Source: Alphaproteobacteria bacterium (GTDB lineage: Bacteria; Pseudomonadota; Alphaproteobacteria; UBA2966). From it: a DNA stretch of 64,000 nt. Both the position numbers and the translations under genes were made by a program. Each line of letters starts with the position of its first letter. Position 1 is the stretch's first letter. The stretch is taken from positions 800,001 through 864,000 of the forward strand of contig OZ219856.1 in NCBI GenBank assembly GCA_964291395.2, given 5' to 3'. Below the pieces are notes generated by a model. That model was given only the letters and a program-made list of their open reading frames with translations, searched no databases and had not been told where the DNA came from. Below are positions 47,417 to 57,332 of the stretch, in pieces.

Positions 47417-48576
47417 GTGCGGCCTGTGACGGCGCTCGTCACGATTGTTCTCATGGTCATGCTGGCATTCGCCGGCGCGAGAGCCGATGGCGTGGGCTTC
47501 CGCGATATTGTCGTCGAGGTTGAAGGCGAGAAGCTGATGACCGCGCTTTGGTATCCGACCGACGCGCCTTCTGGACGGACGGCCATCGGTCTCTTCACCA
47601 TGAACGCGACCCGGGGAACACCGGTCGGTCCCGGTCGGTACGGTCTGGTCTTGATATCGCACGGGACCGGCGGGGGCCGTCTGAATCACCGTGGCACGGC
47701 GATCCGTCTTGCTGAGAGCGGTTACGTCGTGGCCGCACCGGCACATGGCGGAGACAACTGGCAGGACGATAGATACAGCGGCACGTCGGCCAATTGGCGG
47801 CGACGCCCGCGCCAGCTGGGCGCTGTCCTGGAACATCTCCTGGGGGACGCCGAGTTCGGCCGACGCATCGACCCTGAGCGTATTGGAGCTGTCGGACACT
47901 CGGCAGGCGGCCACAGCGTGCTCGCCTTGATTGGCGGAAGGTCGGACATGGCCGTGCTTGCACGGCATTGCACACGGCATCGCGAAAAGGATCCGGTGTT
48001 CTGTGGCTACGGCCGTCCCGACGAACGCGCCGAGGGCATGATGCCTGACCTTTCGGACCGGCGGGTCGGTGCTGTCGTGGCTGTCGCGCCGGTCGGGGCT
48101 CTCTTTGGCGACGGTGCTTTCACGGGTGTCGACGGCATTGCACACGGCATCGCGAAAAGGATCCGGTGTTCTGTGGCTACGGCCGTCCCGACGAACGCGC
48201 CGAGGGCATGATGCCTGACCTTTCGGACCGGCGGGTCGGTGCCGTCGTGGCTGTCGCGCCGGTCGGGGCTCTCTTCGGCGACGGTGCTTTCACGGGTGTC
48301 GAAGTGCCGGTGCAGATCCATCGCCTCGAAGGCGACAGGGTTCTGCGCAGGCCCTGGCACGAGGACAACATCATGAAACTGATGGGCAGAAACGCCAGTT
48401 TGGTCCGCCATCCGCAGGCCCACCACTTCGCTTTCCTGTCGCCGTTTCCAGACGCTTTGATCGGTGAAGTTGGCGCGCCGGCGCGCGACCCGGCGGGTTT
48501 TGATCGCCGCGCGTTCCTCTCCAAGATCGATAGGCAGATTCTGAGGTTCTTCGACGGCGCTCTGCCCGGGTCTTGA
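47417..48576 (+). pseudogene. Secreted alpha/beta hydrolase broken by a 170-bp tandem duplication
   Basis: LWYPT, SHGTGG, GHSAGG, AHHFAFLSP; duplication 47962-48131/48132-48301 shifts frame. Confidence 0.8.
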
Positions 48577-48725
48577 TTGGGGCCGAGGCTCGACGGTATC
48601 CCCTGCGCGGTTTACCCCGGCGATGAGTAGCATCCGTACCGAGGAGGCAGCGCCGTGCGCCGCCGCCCGGTGGAGGGGTGTGGCCCCGCTTATCGCCCCG
48701 CGCTTTTCGATATGGGAGGGTTGTC

Positions 48726-49043
48726 ATGGTCGCTTATCTCGTTGCCCTGGGTCGCGTGCACAAGCCCGAGGTGCTGCCCGAGCACGAACGGCACACGCCC
48801 GCTGTCGTTGCGGCGTTTGGTGGACGCTATCTCGTCCGGGGCGGGACGATGGAGACGTTGGCCGGCGACATCGAGGACAGGCGCGCGGTCGTCGTCGAGT
48901 TTCCCGATATGGACCGGGCGCGCGCGTTCTACGAGTCACCCGGCTATCAGGACGCGCGGAAACGCCTGGGCGACGCGATCACGGCGGACATGTTCTTGTT
49001 GGAAGGCTTCGAGCCCGATGGGGCTCCGCACTCGGGCTCATGA
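48726..49043 (+). CDS. DUF1330-domain protein
   Basis: FGGRYLVRGG..VVVEFPDMDRARAFYESPGYQ. Confidence 0.88.
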   Translation: MVAYLVALGRVHKPEVLPEHERHTPAVVAAFGGRYLVRGGTMETLAGDIEDRRAVVVEFPDMDRARAFYESPGYQDARKRLGDAITADMFLLEGFEPDGAPHSGS

Positions 49044-49201
49044 CCTCGCCTGCGGAACGCGGGGCGGCGCCGAAGCTTGGTTTCCGGGCAATCGGGATGC
49101 AGGTCGCGAGATCGAGGCCCGCAAGCAGGAGATCCGGACTGTTGACCGGCGCGCAGGTCAGCCGTTCAGCGCGCTGACTCGTTGATTTCGGGCGATCCTG
49201 T

Positions 49202-49228
49202 GGGGTCGAAGTCGGGTGCCGAACGACA
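49202..49228 (+). mobile_element. IS21-family terminal inverted-repeat remnant
   Basis: GGGGTCGAAGTCGGGTGCCGAACGACA resembles IS21 ends (GGGGTC..GCCGAtCGACA). Confidence 0.4.
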
Positions 49229-49544
49229 CTGGGAACCTCGGGAAAGCGGACTTCGCGGCAGCTGAGCCGATGATTGTTCGCGCGGACCGAGCGACCCGCG
49301 CACCGGCGAGCGCATCGCCATCGGCCCGTCGTCCGGGGTGTCGTTCAAGGCCGGGAAGGCACTCAAGGATGCGCTGAACTGAATGGGGCTGATCGGTGTC
49401 GGTTCGACTTTCCTTGGGGCCTCGGGTGAGGTGGACGCCGTCAGGCTCTCCGGGCAGGACGATCGGGGGCGGACTTGTCGGCGGGAGTGCCGTTGACCGG
49501 ATGGACTTGCCTCAAGCATGGTGCTCACTGTTGAAGGACGCGTC

Positions 49545-49757
49545 ATGGCCGCAGAAACGACCTACAGATATCGCTTTAAGGTGGACGGGAAGGTCGTGCA
49601 TTGCGGCATCACGGCGGATCTGGTGCGCCGCGAGCGCGAACACCGCCGCCGGTGGCCGACGGGCCGCATTGAGCAGGTGGGGCCGGCGACCACGCGCGAA
49701 GAAGCGTGGCATTGGGAGAGGCAGCAGGCCGAGCAGCGGTTCAGCTCTGCGTCCTGA
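49545..49757 (+). CDS. Small GIY-YIG-like protein (70 aa)
   Basis: TYRYRF..VHCGITADLVRREREH..EEAWHWE; AAGGA RBS. Confidence 0.6.
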   Translation: MAAETTYRYRFKVDGKVVHCGITADLVRREREHRRRWPTGRIEQVGPATTREEAWHWERQQAEQRFSSAS

Positions 49758-49852
49758 TGTCTTCGCATGAATCGTCCCCGGGGGATGCGGACACCGCGCA
49801 GACCCTCTCCCGCAATCGTGTCTGGTCATGGGCGCCGGGTTCACCCGCGCGT

Positions 49853-50065
49853 TCGTTCCCGGCGACGGACATGGCTGCGCGGACGTTGTTCTCCGAAGCG
49901 CTGAAGGACCTCCCGCGAGACGACATCAACGTCGTCAATCTGGGCCGCGATGATTCGGATGCTGAAATGACGCGCAGACGCTATCGATCGGTGTTCGGCG
50001 ACATCCCCGATGAACGGTTCCATTTCGACGGCGCTCTGGAATGGCTGCGACATCTGACTTCGTAG
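49853..50065 (+). pseudogene. SIR2-like protein C-terminal fragment
   Basis: SFPATDMAARTLF..INVVN resembles GYSFPxTD...VVN of SIR2-like domains. Confidence 0.4.
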
Positions 50066-50168
50066 CCCGGCCGCCGCCGGGCAGGAAGGGGTTGGGCGGC
50101 GGCCCCTTTTACGCGGCCGTATCCGATAGATCGCATCGGCTATGGTAGAATTCGTTCATGGTGAGGAA

Positions 50169-50945
50169 ATGGACGTGCGGATGGGTGATCGGCTGAGAGG
50201 GAAGGTAGCCGTCGTCACCGGCGCGGGTTCGGGCATCGGCCGGGCGACGGCGGCGCGGTTCGCCGCGGAAGGCGCGAGCGTCGTGATCGCCGACGTCGAC
50301 GAGTCCGGCGGTCGGGAAACGCTGGGCGACATAGAGCGGGCGGGCGGCACGGCGGCGTACATCCCCACCGACGTGGCCCGGTCCGGTCAGGTCGAGAAGA
50401 TGATCGACGAAACGCTCGACCGGTTCGGCGAGCTGAACGTCCTGGTGAACTGCGCCGCCGCGCTCGTCAATACGCCGCTGCTGGAGGACACCGAGGAGGC
50501 GCACTGGGACCGGATGATGGAGGTGAACCTCCGGGGCACGTTTCTCTGCTGCAAGCACGCGCTTCCCGCCATGCGGGAGTCGGGCGGGGGCGCCATCGTC
50601 AACGTGGCCGCGATGTCCGCGTTTCGGGGGCCGACGCCGTCGATTCCATACGAGGTCGCCAAGGCCGGGGTCGTTCATTTGACGAAGGCGTCGGCCTGTC
50701 AGTACACGCCGCTCGGCATACGCATAAACTGCATCGCGCCGGGCAACGTCGAGACGCCGTTGTTGCGGCGGGGAACGGGAGACGCCGGGTCCTGGGCGCG
50801 ACGCCGGGAAGCGCAGCCGATGAAGCGTTTCGGCCGCCCGGAAGAATTGGCGAACGTCATCCTCTTTGCCGCCTCGGACGAGGCTTCGTGGATCAGCGGC
50901 GTGACGATCATCGTCGACGGCGGCAAGTGGGCGGCCTTGCAATAG
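50169..50945 (+). CDS. SDR-family oxidoreductase
   Basis: TGAGSGIG, YEVAK, INCIAPG, VDGG; exact start uncertain. Confidence 0.92.
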   Translation: MDVRMGDRLRGKVAVVTGAGSGIGRATAARFAAEGASVVIADVDESGGRETLGDIERAGGTAAYIPTDVARSGQVEKMIDETLDRFGELNVLVNCAAALVNTPLLEDTEEAHWDRMMEVNLRGTFLCCKHALPAMRESGGGAIVNVAAMSAFRGPTPSIPYEVAKAGVVHLTKASACQYTPLGIRINCIAPGNVETPLLRRGTGDAGSWARRREAQPMKRFGRPEELANVILFAASDEASWISGVTIIVDGGKWAALQ

Positions 50946-50960
50946 GGAGGCAGGCGGAAC

Positions 50961-52049
50961 ATGGCACCCAAGATCGCACCACCGGTCCGTTTCGGTGTCC
51001 TGAGTTTCGCGATGTATCACGCGAACTTCTGGTCACGTGCCGTCGCGGACTCCGAGTTGGCGACGCTCGTCGGGATTTGGGACGAGAGCGCCGGGCGCGG
51101 CGAGGCGGCGGCGAAGGAGTACGGGACGGCGTATTGGGCGGATCTCGACGCGCTGTTGGGGGCGTGCGACGCCGTCGCGATCACTTCGGAAACGCTCAAT
51201 CACGTGGAGCTTGCGGAACGGGCCGCGGCGCGCGGGTGTCACATCCTGGTTGAAAAGCCTTTGGCGACGACGATGGAGGGGTGCGACCGCATACAGGCGG
51301 CGGTCGAACGGGCGGGGGTCTCGTTCATGCAGAGTTTCCCGAAACGTTTCGATCCCGTGAATCACGAGCTCAAGCGTCTCGTCGATGAAGGGGAACTCGG
51401 CCGCATCACCCTGATGCGCGTTCGGCACGGTCATCTGTACGGGTTGATGAGCGGCGTTGCCCATTCGGGATGGCCCGAGGATCCCGTCCTGTCGGGTGGG
51501 GGATCGCTGCTCGACGAGGGCGTCCACGGGGCGGATTTCATTCGCTGGATGTTGGGCGAGCCCGACGCGGTCATGGCGACCGTCGCCTATCCCATGGGGC
51601 ATCGGGTCGAGGATCTGGGCCTGGCCGTTTTTACTTTCGATGACGGCCCCGTCTGCGAGCTCGCGTCGAGCAACACGTTTGCCGCGGGCGACAACTCGAT
51701 CGAGATATTCGGTACCGGGGGCACGGCGGTTCTCACGGGCGTCGACCTGGCGTCCCGCGACGTGACGGAGGGGGCGTACCTGAAGGTTTGTCGCCTCACC
51801 GAGGAGAACTTGCGGGACGTCACGACCCGGCGTTGGACGGTGTCGGACATCGTCCCTCGATTCAAGACCACGCCCCAGTTTCATCAGCAGAACCCGCTGC
51901 GGTTCCTCGACGCCCTGACGAAGGGGGTCGCGCCGCCCAACACGATGGAAGACGGGCGGCGTTCGCTGCAGATGATCCTGTCCGCATACGAGTCGGCGAG
52001 AACCGGCCGGACCGTTCGGATACCCGGGAATACCCGGTCGGTGGAGTAG
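50961..52049 (+). CDS. Gfo/Idh/MocA-family oxidoreductase
   Basis: HILVEKPLA, GGGSLLDEGVHGAD, SAYESARTG. Confidence 0.9.
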   Translation: MAPKIAPPVRFGVLSFAMYHANFWSRAVADSELATLVGIWDESAGRGEAAAKEYGTAYWADLDALLGACDAVAITSETLNHVELAERAAARGCHILVEKPLATTMEGCDRIQAAVERAGVSFMQSFPKRFDPVNHELKRLVDEGELGRITLMRVRHGHLYGLMSGVAHSGWPEDPVLSGGGSLLDEGVHGADFIRWMLGEPDAVMATVAYPMGHRVEDLGLAVFTFDDGPVCELASSNTFAAGDNSIEIFGTGGTAVLTGVDLASRDVTEGAYLKVCRLTEENLRDVTTRRWTVSDIVPRFKTTPQFHQQNPLRFLDALTKGVAPPNTMEDGRRSLQMILSAYESARTGRTVRIPGNTRSVE

Positions 52050-52142
52050 CGTTGCCAATTTGGGAGCGGTAGCTTCTAATTCGAGACTCAGCACGAGTCC
52101 CCGGGCTCGATCGCCCTAGAGAGGAAAGAGAAGAGAGGACCG

Positions 52143-53195
52143 ATGAACAAGTCGACCAACAGAGGAATTACCCGCCGAGACGCCCTGAAAACTACCGGGG
52201 CCGCGGCGGCGGCCGGTGCGGTCGTCACCGGCTTTCCGGCGCTTACACGCTCGGCGCAGCAGAAGAAGTTTCTGAAACCGATCGTCGCGGGCCTGAACGG
52301 CCGGCCGGGCGATCCGTCCTATATATCGGTCTCGGAAGTTCCGCGGATTCTGGCCGAGAAGTACGACATCGAGGTCAAGTTCGAGGTGCATCACTCCTCG
52401 ACGCTGGGTACGGATCTGTCCCAGCTCGAGGCGGTGCAGACCGGCTTCATCGACGTTACCAGCAACGTGACGGCGCAATTCTCCAAGTTCGATGAGTCGT
52501 TCGCGTTCGTCGATCTGCCTTACATCATCACGAGCTGGGACCAGTATCTGCAGGTCACCAAGAGCGATGCCTGGAAGCAGCAGGCCGCGAGATTCGAGAA
52601 GAAGGTGCCCGTGAAGGTGCTGCCGCCTGTCGGTGCCGGGGGCTTCCGGCTGTTGTGGAATAACGTTCGTCCACTGCCGGACCCGAGCGCCGTGCAGGGC
52701 CTCAAGTTCCGCACGGTCACGTCGCCGATCGCGATCGAGCTGGTGAAGGCGTGGGGCGGCAATCCGACGTCGATGCCGTGGACCGAGACGTACACGGCTC
52801 TTCAGCAAAAGGTCGTACAAGGCTTCCACGTGCAGCCGATCTGGACCTACAAGTTCAACATGTTCGAAGTGCTCAAGTACGCGACGGAAGTGAAGGCCAT
52901 CTTCGGAATCCAGTTCCAGGTCATGAACGTCAACACCTGGAACGCGATTCCCGAGGATATCCAGGGACCCATGATGATGGCGTTCCAGGAAGCCGCCGAT
53001 CTCGGCAACACCGCCGACCGCGACTCCGAAGACGGCTTCAAGGACAAGCTTCGCGAGGAGGGCATGGAGATCTACACGCCTTCGGCCAAGGAATACGCGG
53101 AGTGGCGTTCCCGGGGCGAAGGCATTTGGGACAAGGTCGGCGTAGGCTCGAGCATCGACAGGAGCCTGGTCGATGCCGTCGTCGAGATGGGCTGA
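52143..53195 (+). CDS. dctP: TRAP transporter substrate-binding protein (Tat-exported)
   Basis: TRRDALK Tat motif, GLKFRT, MPWTETYTALQQKVVQG. Confidence 0.88.
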   Translation: MNKSTNRGITRRDALKTTGAAAAAGAVVTGFPALTRSAQQKKFLKPIVAGLNGRPGDPSYISVSEVPRILAEKYDIEVKFEVHHSSTLGTDLSQLEAVQTGFIDVTSNVTAQFSKFDESFAFVDLPYIITSWDQYLQVTKSDAWKQQAARFEKKVPVKVLPPVGAGGFRLLWNNVRPLPDPSAVQGLKFRTVTSPIAIELVKAWGGNPTSMPWTETYTALQQKVVQGFHVQPIWTYKFNMFEVLKYATEVKAIFGIQFQVMNVNTWNAIPEDIQGPMMMAFQEAADLGNTADRDSEDGFKDKLREEGMEIYTPSAKEYAEWRSRGEGIWDKVGVGSSIDRSLVDAVVEMG

Positions 53196-53220
53196 CCGTT
53201 CCCGGCCGGCCGTGACTTCG

Positions 53221-53251
53221 AAGGGCCCCGCGGACGCGGGGCCTTTCTCTT
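53221..53251 (+). terminator. Rho-independent terminator
   Basis: AAGGGCCCCGCG-GA-CGCGGGGCCTTTCTCTT. Confidence 0.8.
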
Positions 53252-53356
53252 GTGTGCCGGAAATGGCGGAGGGTCTCCCCGGCGTGCCGCAACCGCGTCT
53301 GGTCCTACGGCTTCGTTCGCCGCCGGCCGTCACGTCCGGGGCGGTGCCGGCGCGGA

Positions 53357-54118
53357 TCAGCCGTCGTCGCGCGCCGCGTGGACGAGAATATTCTCGTCGT
53401 ACCATTGGACGGTATCGGCGAAGCGGCCTTCGACGGCCGCTCGGAAGGCAACCAGCGCGTCTTCGAATTCGTCCGGTTCGTAGAGAGAGAACGTCGAATA
53501 ATGCCGGTTTCTGGCCTGCTCGACGAGGCGGTCGAGCGGCGCCTCCCGGCGGTACCTCAGGCAAGTCGCGCCGGCGAACCGAAGCCCGGGGGTATCCTCG
53601 ACCGCCGCGTAGAGGCTGCCGAGCGTCTGCAGTCGCGTCTCCTTTTCGGCGAACCCGGGGAAAAACCGGCCCCAGACGCTGCGCGCGTTGTGTTCGGGCA
53701 GCCGCGTGTAGACGAACAGCCGTCCGTCTTCCGCCAGCCCGTCCCGCGATCTCCGGAGGAAATCCGGAAAGTCGAAATGATGCACGGCGTTGAAGGAGGA
53801 CACGAAGTCGTAAGCGCCGGGCTCGAGTTCGAGGCATTCGGCGCTCGACTGCCGCGTCTCGAACCTGTCGACCCCGCTGGCCTGGAGCAGCCCGTCGACC
53901 TGATCCAGCATTGCCGGGTTGGCGTCGACGCACGTCAGAGAGAGATTCGGGATCGTCTCGAACATCACGAGGACGTAACGTCCGGCGCCGCAGCCGATGT
54001 CCGCGCCTCGCGGCCGGGGCAGGTCCCCGAGTTCCCGTGCGATCAGTTTCACCGGCTCCCGGTCGGTCGTGCGGACGGACCGGTAGACCGAAGAGATCTC
54101 GGTGAAATGCCGGGTCAT
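53357..54118 (-). CDS. Class I SAM-dependent methyltransferase
   Basis: ADIGCGAGRY, CVDANPAML, YDFVSSFNAVHHF. Confidence 0.85.
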   Translation of the reverse strand: MTRHFTEISSVYRSVRTTDREPVKLIARELGDLPRPRGADIGCGAGRYVLVMFETIPNLSLTCVDANPAMLDQVDGLLQASGVDRFETRQSSAECLELEPGAYDFVSSFNAVHHFDFPDFLRRSRDGLAEDGRLFVYTRLPEHNARSVWGRFFPGFAEKETRLQTLGSLYAAVEDTPGLRFAGATCLRYRREAPLDRLVEQARNRHYSTFSLYEPDEFEDALVAFRAAVEGRFADTVQWYDENILVHAARDDG

Positions 54119-54454
54119 GTCGGTTTGCGTGACTATGGCGGGTCTCCCGGGAACTTGTCGTTGCTACCCGGCGGCCGGCGTTTTACGGCTGTTCATCCGC
54201 TGCCGGGTATCACGGTTTCGAAAAGAGTCCGGACGCGTGTGAGCGAGCGGCCGAGCCTCGAGTTGCGTCGCGTCAGGACGAGCCGACCGGACTTTGCCAG
54301 AGACCGGCACCCGGGCGCAAGCTCGCCCGCAAGGAACGGCTCGGAACCGCCTTGCCGACCTCATGGCCGCGCGGACGATCAGGCTTTGGCACGTTCACCT
54401 TGCCGATATAGCGTACCTTATGTCGCGGTTTCGGTAGTTCGGTCGGGTTGTCGC

Positions 54455-54635
54455 CTGCCCGCGTCGTGCTCTCGCTGCGCCGGACACCCAACAGAAGGAT
54501 CGCCTCTCCGGCAAGGCTCACTTGGTTGCGGACATATTGGCTCGTCGGCTGAATCTTCATCCGGTCGGTACACCAGCGGAACGAGCGGTTGGGCGAGGGG
54601 TAGCCGCGGCCGATCAGATTGATCCAGAAGGTCGG
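54455..54635 (-). pseudogene. dndC: DNA phosphorothioation sulfurtransferase DndC internal fragment
   Basis: TFWINLIGRGYPSPNRSFRWCTDRMKIQPT..ILLLGVRRSESTTRA. Confidence 0.8.
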
Positions 54636-54814
54636 GTTCTCTGGCGTCGCGGCTTCGAAGCGGTCTGATCTCCGCTCCGGATGGAAGGCGATATTGCGGT
54701 CGGTGAAAATGTGTGGGAAGTTCGCGACGATCTGGCAAGCCCCTTACCCCAAGGTACAATCAAGGTACGACATGGCCGAGACTTCCCGCCCTCGAGGCAC
54801 CGGACCGCGAGCCA

Positions 54815-55121
54815 GTTGACTACCAATGCGATTCTTGGCGTTGTCCTTCCGTTGGTGCTCTTGGGCGGCATCGCGTTCTTTTTTCTCACCTATCATCTGG
54901 AAATCGTCGAGGCGGGTTTCGCCCGAAGCCGTGCCGCGCTCACGGAAAATATCGTGAGAACGGACCTCATGGCACAGCCAAGCAGCGTCGCCCGCCAAAT
55001 CGACGCGTTCCTCGTCGAGCGGATCGAGAGCCCCGAGGAGATCGCCCGACTCGACGACGCGGTTTCCCGTCTCGGCCGGGCGTTCATGTCCGTCCTGGAA
55101 CGGCACCGCTACCAACGGTAG
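54815..55121 (+). pseudogene. Internally deleted membrane sensor (HAMP-type) relic
   Basis: TM helix and IDAFLVERIE joined to SPEEIARLDDAVSRL. Confidence 0.4.
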
Positions 55122-55142
55122 TGCCGTTTCGCGGCGGCCGAC

Positions 55143-55721
55143 ATGAACCGCATCGTCGACATCGTCGAGTTCTGCGTGAACGGGCTGGAGACCGTTTCCG
55201 ACGCTCTCGAGGCAGTGCTGGAGATCTTCGATCGCATGGTGCAGTGGCTGGCCATCGCGCTGGTCGGCGTCATCGCCGTCGCCATGATCCTTCAGGTGTT
55301 CTTCCGCTACGTCGTCAATTCCTCTCTGAGCTGGTCGGAGGAGCTCAGCGTCTGGTCGCTGGTCTGGCTGGTGTTCATCGGCTCCGTCGTCCTGATCCGG
55401 AACTGGGAGCACATCAATATTCCGACCTTCGTGAACTGGCTTCCGCTCAAACTGCGCCCCTACGTCATCATCGCCGCGAGGTGCCTGTCGATCGCGTTCC
55501 TGGTGACGATGACGTATCTCGGTTTCGAGATGATCCTGTTCGGATTCCACGCGGACGCCCCGGTTCTGCATCTCTCGACCAAGTGGGCCAAGCTCTCGAT
55601 TCCCCACGGGCGGCGCCTTGATGTGCCTGTTCGCGTTGAGCGTTCTGTTGAAGGATCTCATCCGGTTGTGGCGCCGGGACTACCGGTATTTCGCGGACCA
55701 GGGAACGCCAAGTCTCGGCTA
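55143..55721 (+). CDS. dctQ: TRAP small permease; +1 frameshift in C-run near 55602
   Basis: QVFFRYVVNSSLSWSEEL, EHINI; corrected C-terminus TGGALMCLFAL.. Confidence 0.8.
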
Positions 55722-55753
55722 GTCTCGCCTTGTCCCGCTTGACCGATTAAGAC

Positions 55754-57059
55754 ATGGAACTCGTCGGCACCTATCTGTTCATCCCGTTCGTGGTCTTGCT
55801 GGTCATCGGCGTTCCCGTCGGGATCTCCCTCGGCCCTCGCCTGCGTCGTGTTCATCTTCTTCTCCGGCTGGGGCCGTCCGCCGATGCTGCTGGTCACGGA
55901 GATGTACGTCGGCGTCGCGCTGTTCGCGCTCCTGGCCCTGCCGATGTTCGTACTCACGGGAGAGCTTCTCAACCGCTGCGAGATCACCGACAAGCTGGTT
56001 CGGCTCGCGCAATTGCTGGTCGGCTGGATTCGCGGCGGGCTGGCGCACGTCAACATCGTGACGTCCATGTTCTTCGCCGGCATCTCCGGGTCGGTGCTGG
56101 CGGATGCCGCATCGCTGGGCCCCATCCTCATCCCGGCCATGATTCGCGAGCGGTTCCCGCCCGATTTCTCCGCCGCCGTGACCGCATCGAGCGCCGTCAT
56201 CGGCGCCATCATTCCGCCGAGCACGGTGGCGATCATTATCGGAAGCCAGCTGGAGATTTCCATCGGCGGGTTGTTCGCCGGCGGGATCATTCCGGGGATT
56301 CTGGTAGGTGTCGCGCTGATGATCACGTCGTGGTTCATCAGCTGGCGCAACGATTACGGCGAGGTTCGCAAGTTCGAAGGCCCGGTCGCCGTCGTGAGGA
56401 GTTCCGGCTCCGCATTTCCCGCCCTGCTGATCCCGATCATCATTCTCGGCGGCATTCTCGCGGGCATCTTCACGCCGACCGAGGCCGGCGCCGTCGCGGT
56501 GTTCTACACCCTGGCCATCGGGACCTTCTATTACCGTTCTCTCGACTGGCCGAAGCTGCGCGCATCGATGATCGCGACGGCCAAGGTCACCGCGTCGGCG
56601 CTTTTTATCGTGGCCGTGGCGCTGGTGTTCAGCCGCATCCTGACCTTCTTCCGCATCCCGGAGGAAATCCTCAAGCTGATCCTCTCCATTTCGACCAACA
56701 AGATCATCATCGCTCTGATCATCATCGCGTTCTTTCTCGTCATGGGCACGTTCATGGACGCGGTGGCCAACATGATCATTTTGGGGCCGTTGCTGATGCC
56801 GCTAGCGACGTCGCCGCTGGGTCTCGGCATGGATCCCATTCAGTACGGGCTGTTCCTGGCCGTTGGATTGCTCCTGGGGCTGATCACGCCGCCGCTGGGG
56901 CTCCTGCTCTTCATATGCGGACCCATAGCGCGGGTGTCGCTCGAGCGGACGGCGCTCGCCGTCCTGCCGTTCCTGGCGGCGGAACTCGTCGTACTCTTGC
57001 TCATCGCGTTCGTGAAACCGGTCACCATGGCCATCCCCAGGGCGCTTGGACTGGGATGA
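55754..57059 (+). CDS. dctM: TRAP large permease; +1 frameshift near 55835
   Basis: LLALPMFVLTGEL, GGLAHVNI, GISGS..ADAA, IIPPS, FTPTEAG, ITPPLG. Confidence 0.88.
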
Positions 57060-57133
57060 CATTTCCTGTTGTCTGCGACCCTCGTTCGGCTTACGGTTCG
57101 CGCGGGATTCAACAACGGAAAGGAGGTGATCCA

Positions 57134-57214
57134 ATGTCGAGTGATATGTGTGCTGTGTCGATCAGCCTTGGTGTTCATCACGGGCGGAGGAGCAGCCTCT
57201 TCGGCCGGTGCTGA
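57134..57214 (+). CDS. Candidate 26-aa small ORF with extended Shine-Dalgarno
   Basis: GAAAGGAGGTGATCCA (57118-57133) directly before ATG; terminator follows. Confidence 0.4.
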   Translation: MSSDMCAVSISLGVHHGRRSSLFGRC

Positions 57215-57258
57215 CACCGGATCGTGTGATCAGGGCTTTTCGACAGGCCCATTCACGG

Positions 57259-57284
57259 AAAGGCGGCCTGCGGGCCGCCTTTCT
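57259..57284. terminator. Bidirectional terminator hairpin
   Basis: AAAGGCGGCC-TGCG-GGCCGCCTTT between convergent genes. Confidence 0.8.
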
Positions 57285-57332
57285 CATTCGGGGGGTCGTT
57301 GCTTGACGGGCCGTTCGGGTCCCCTGCAAGCC

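Noticed and set aside
52116-53933. 605-aa minus-strand ORF
   Set aside because: Shadow of dctP and an alternative frame of the methyltransferase
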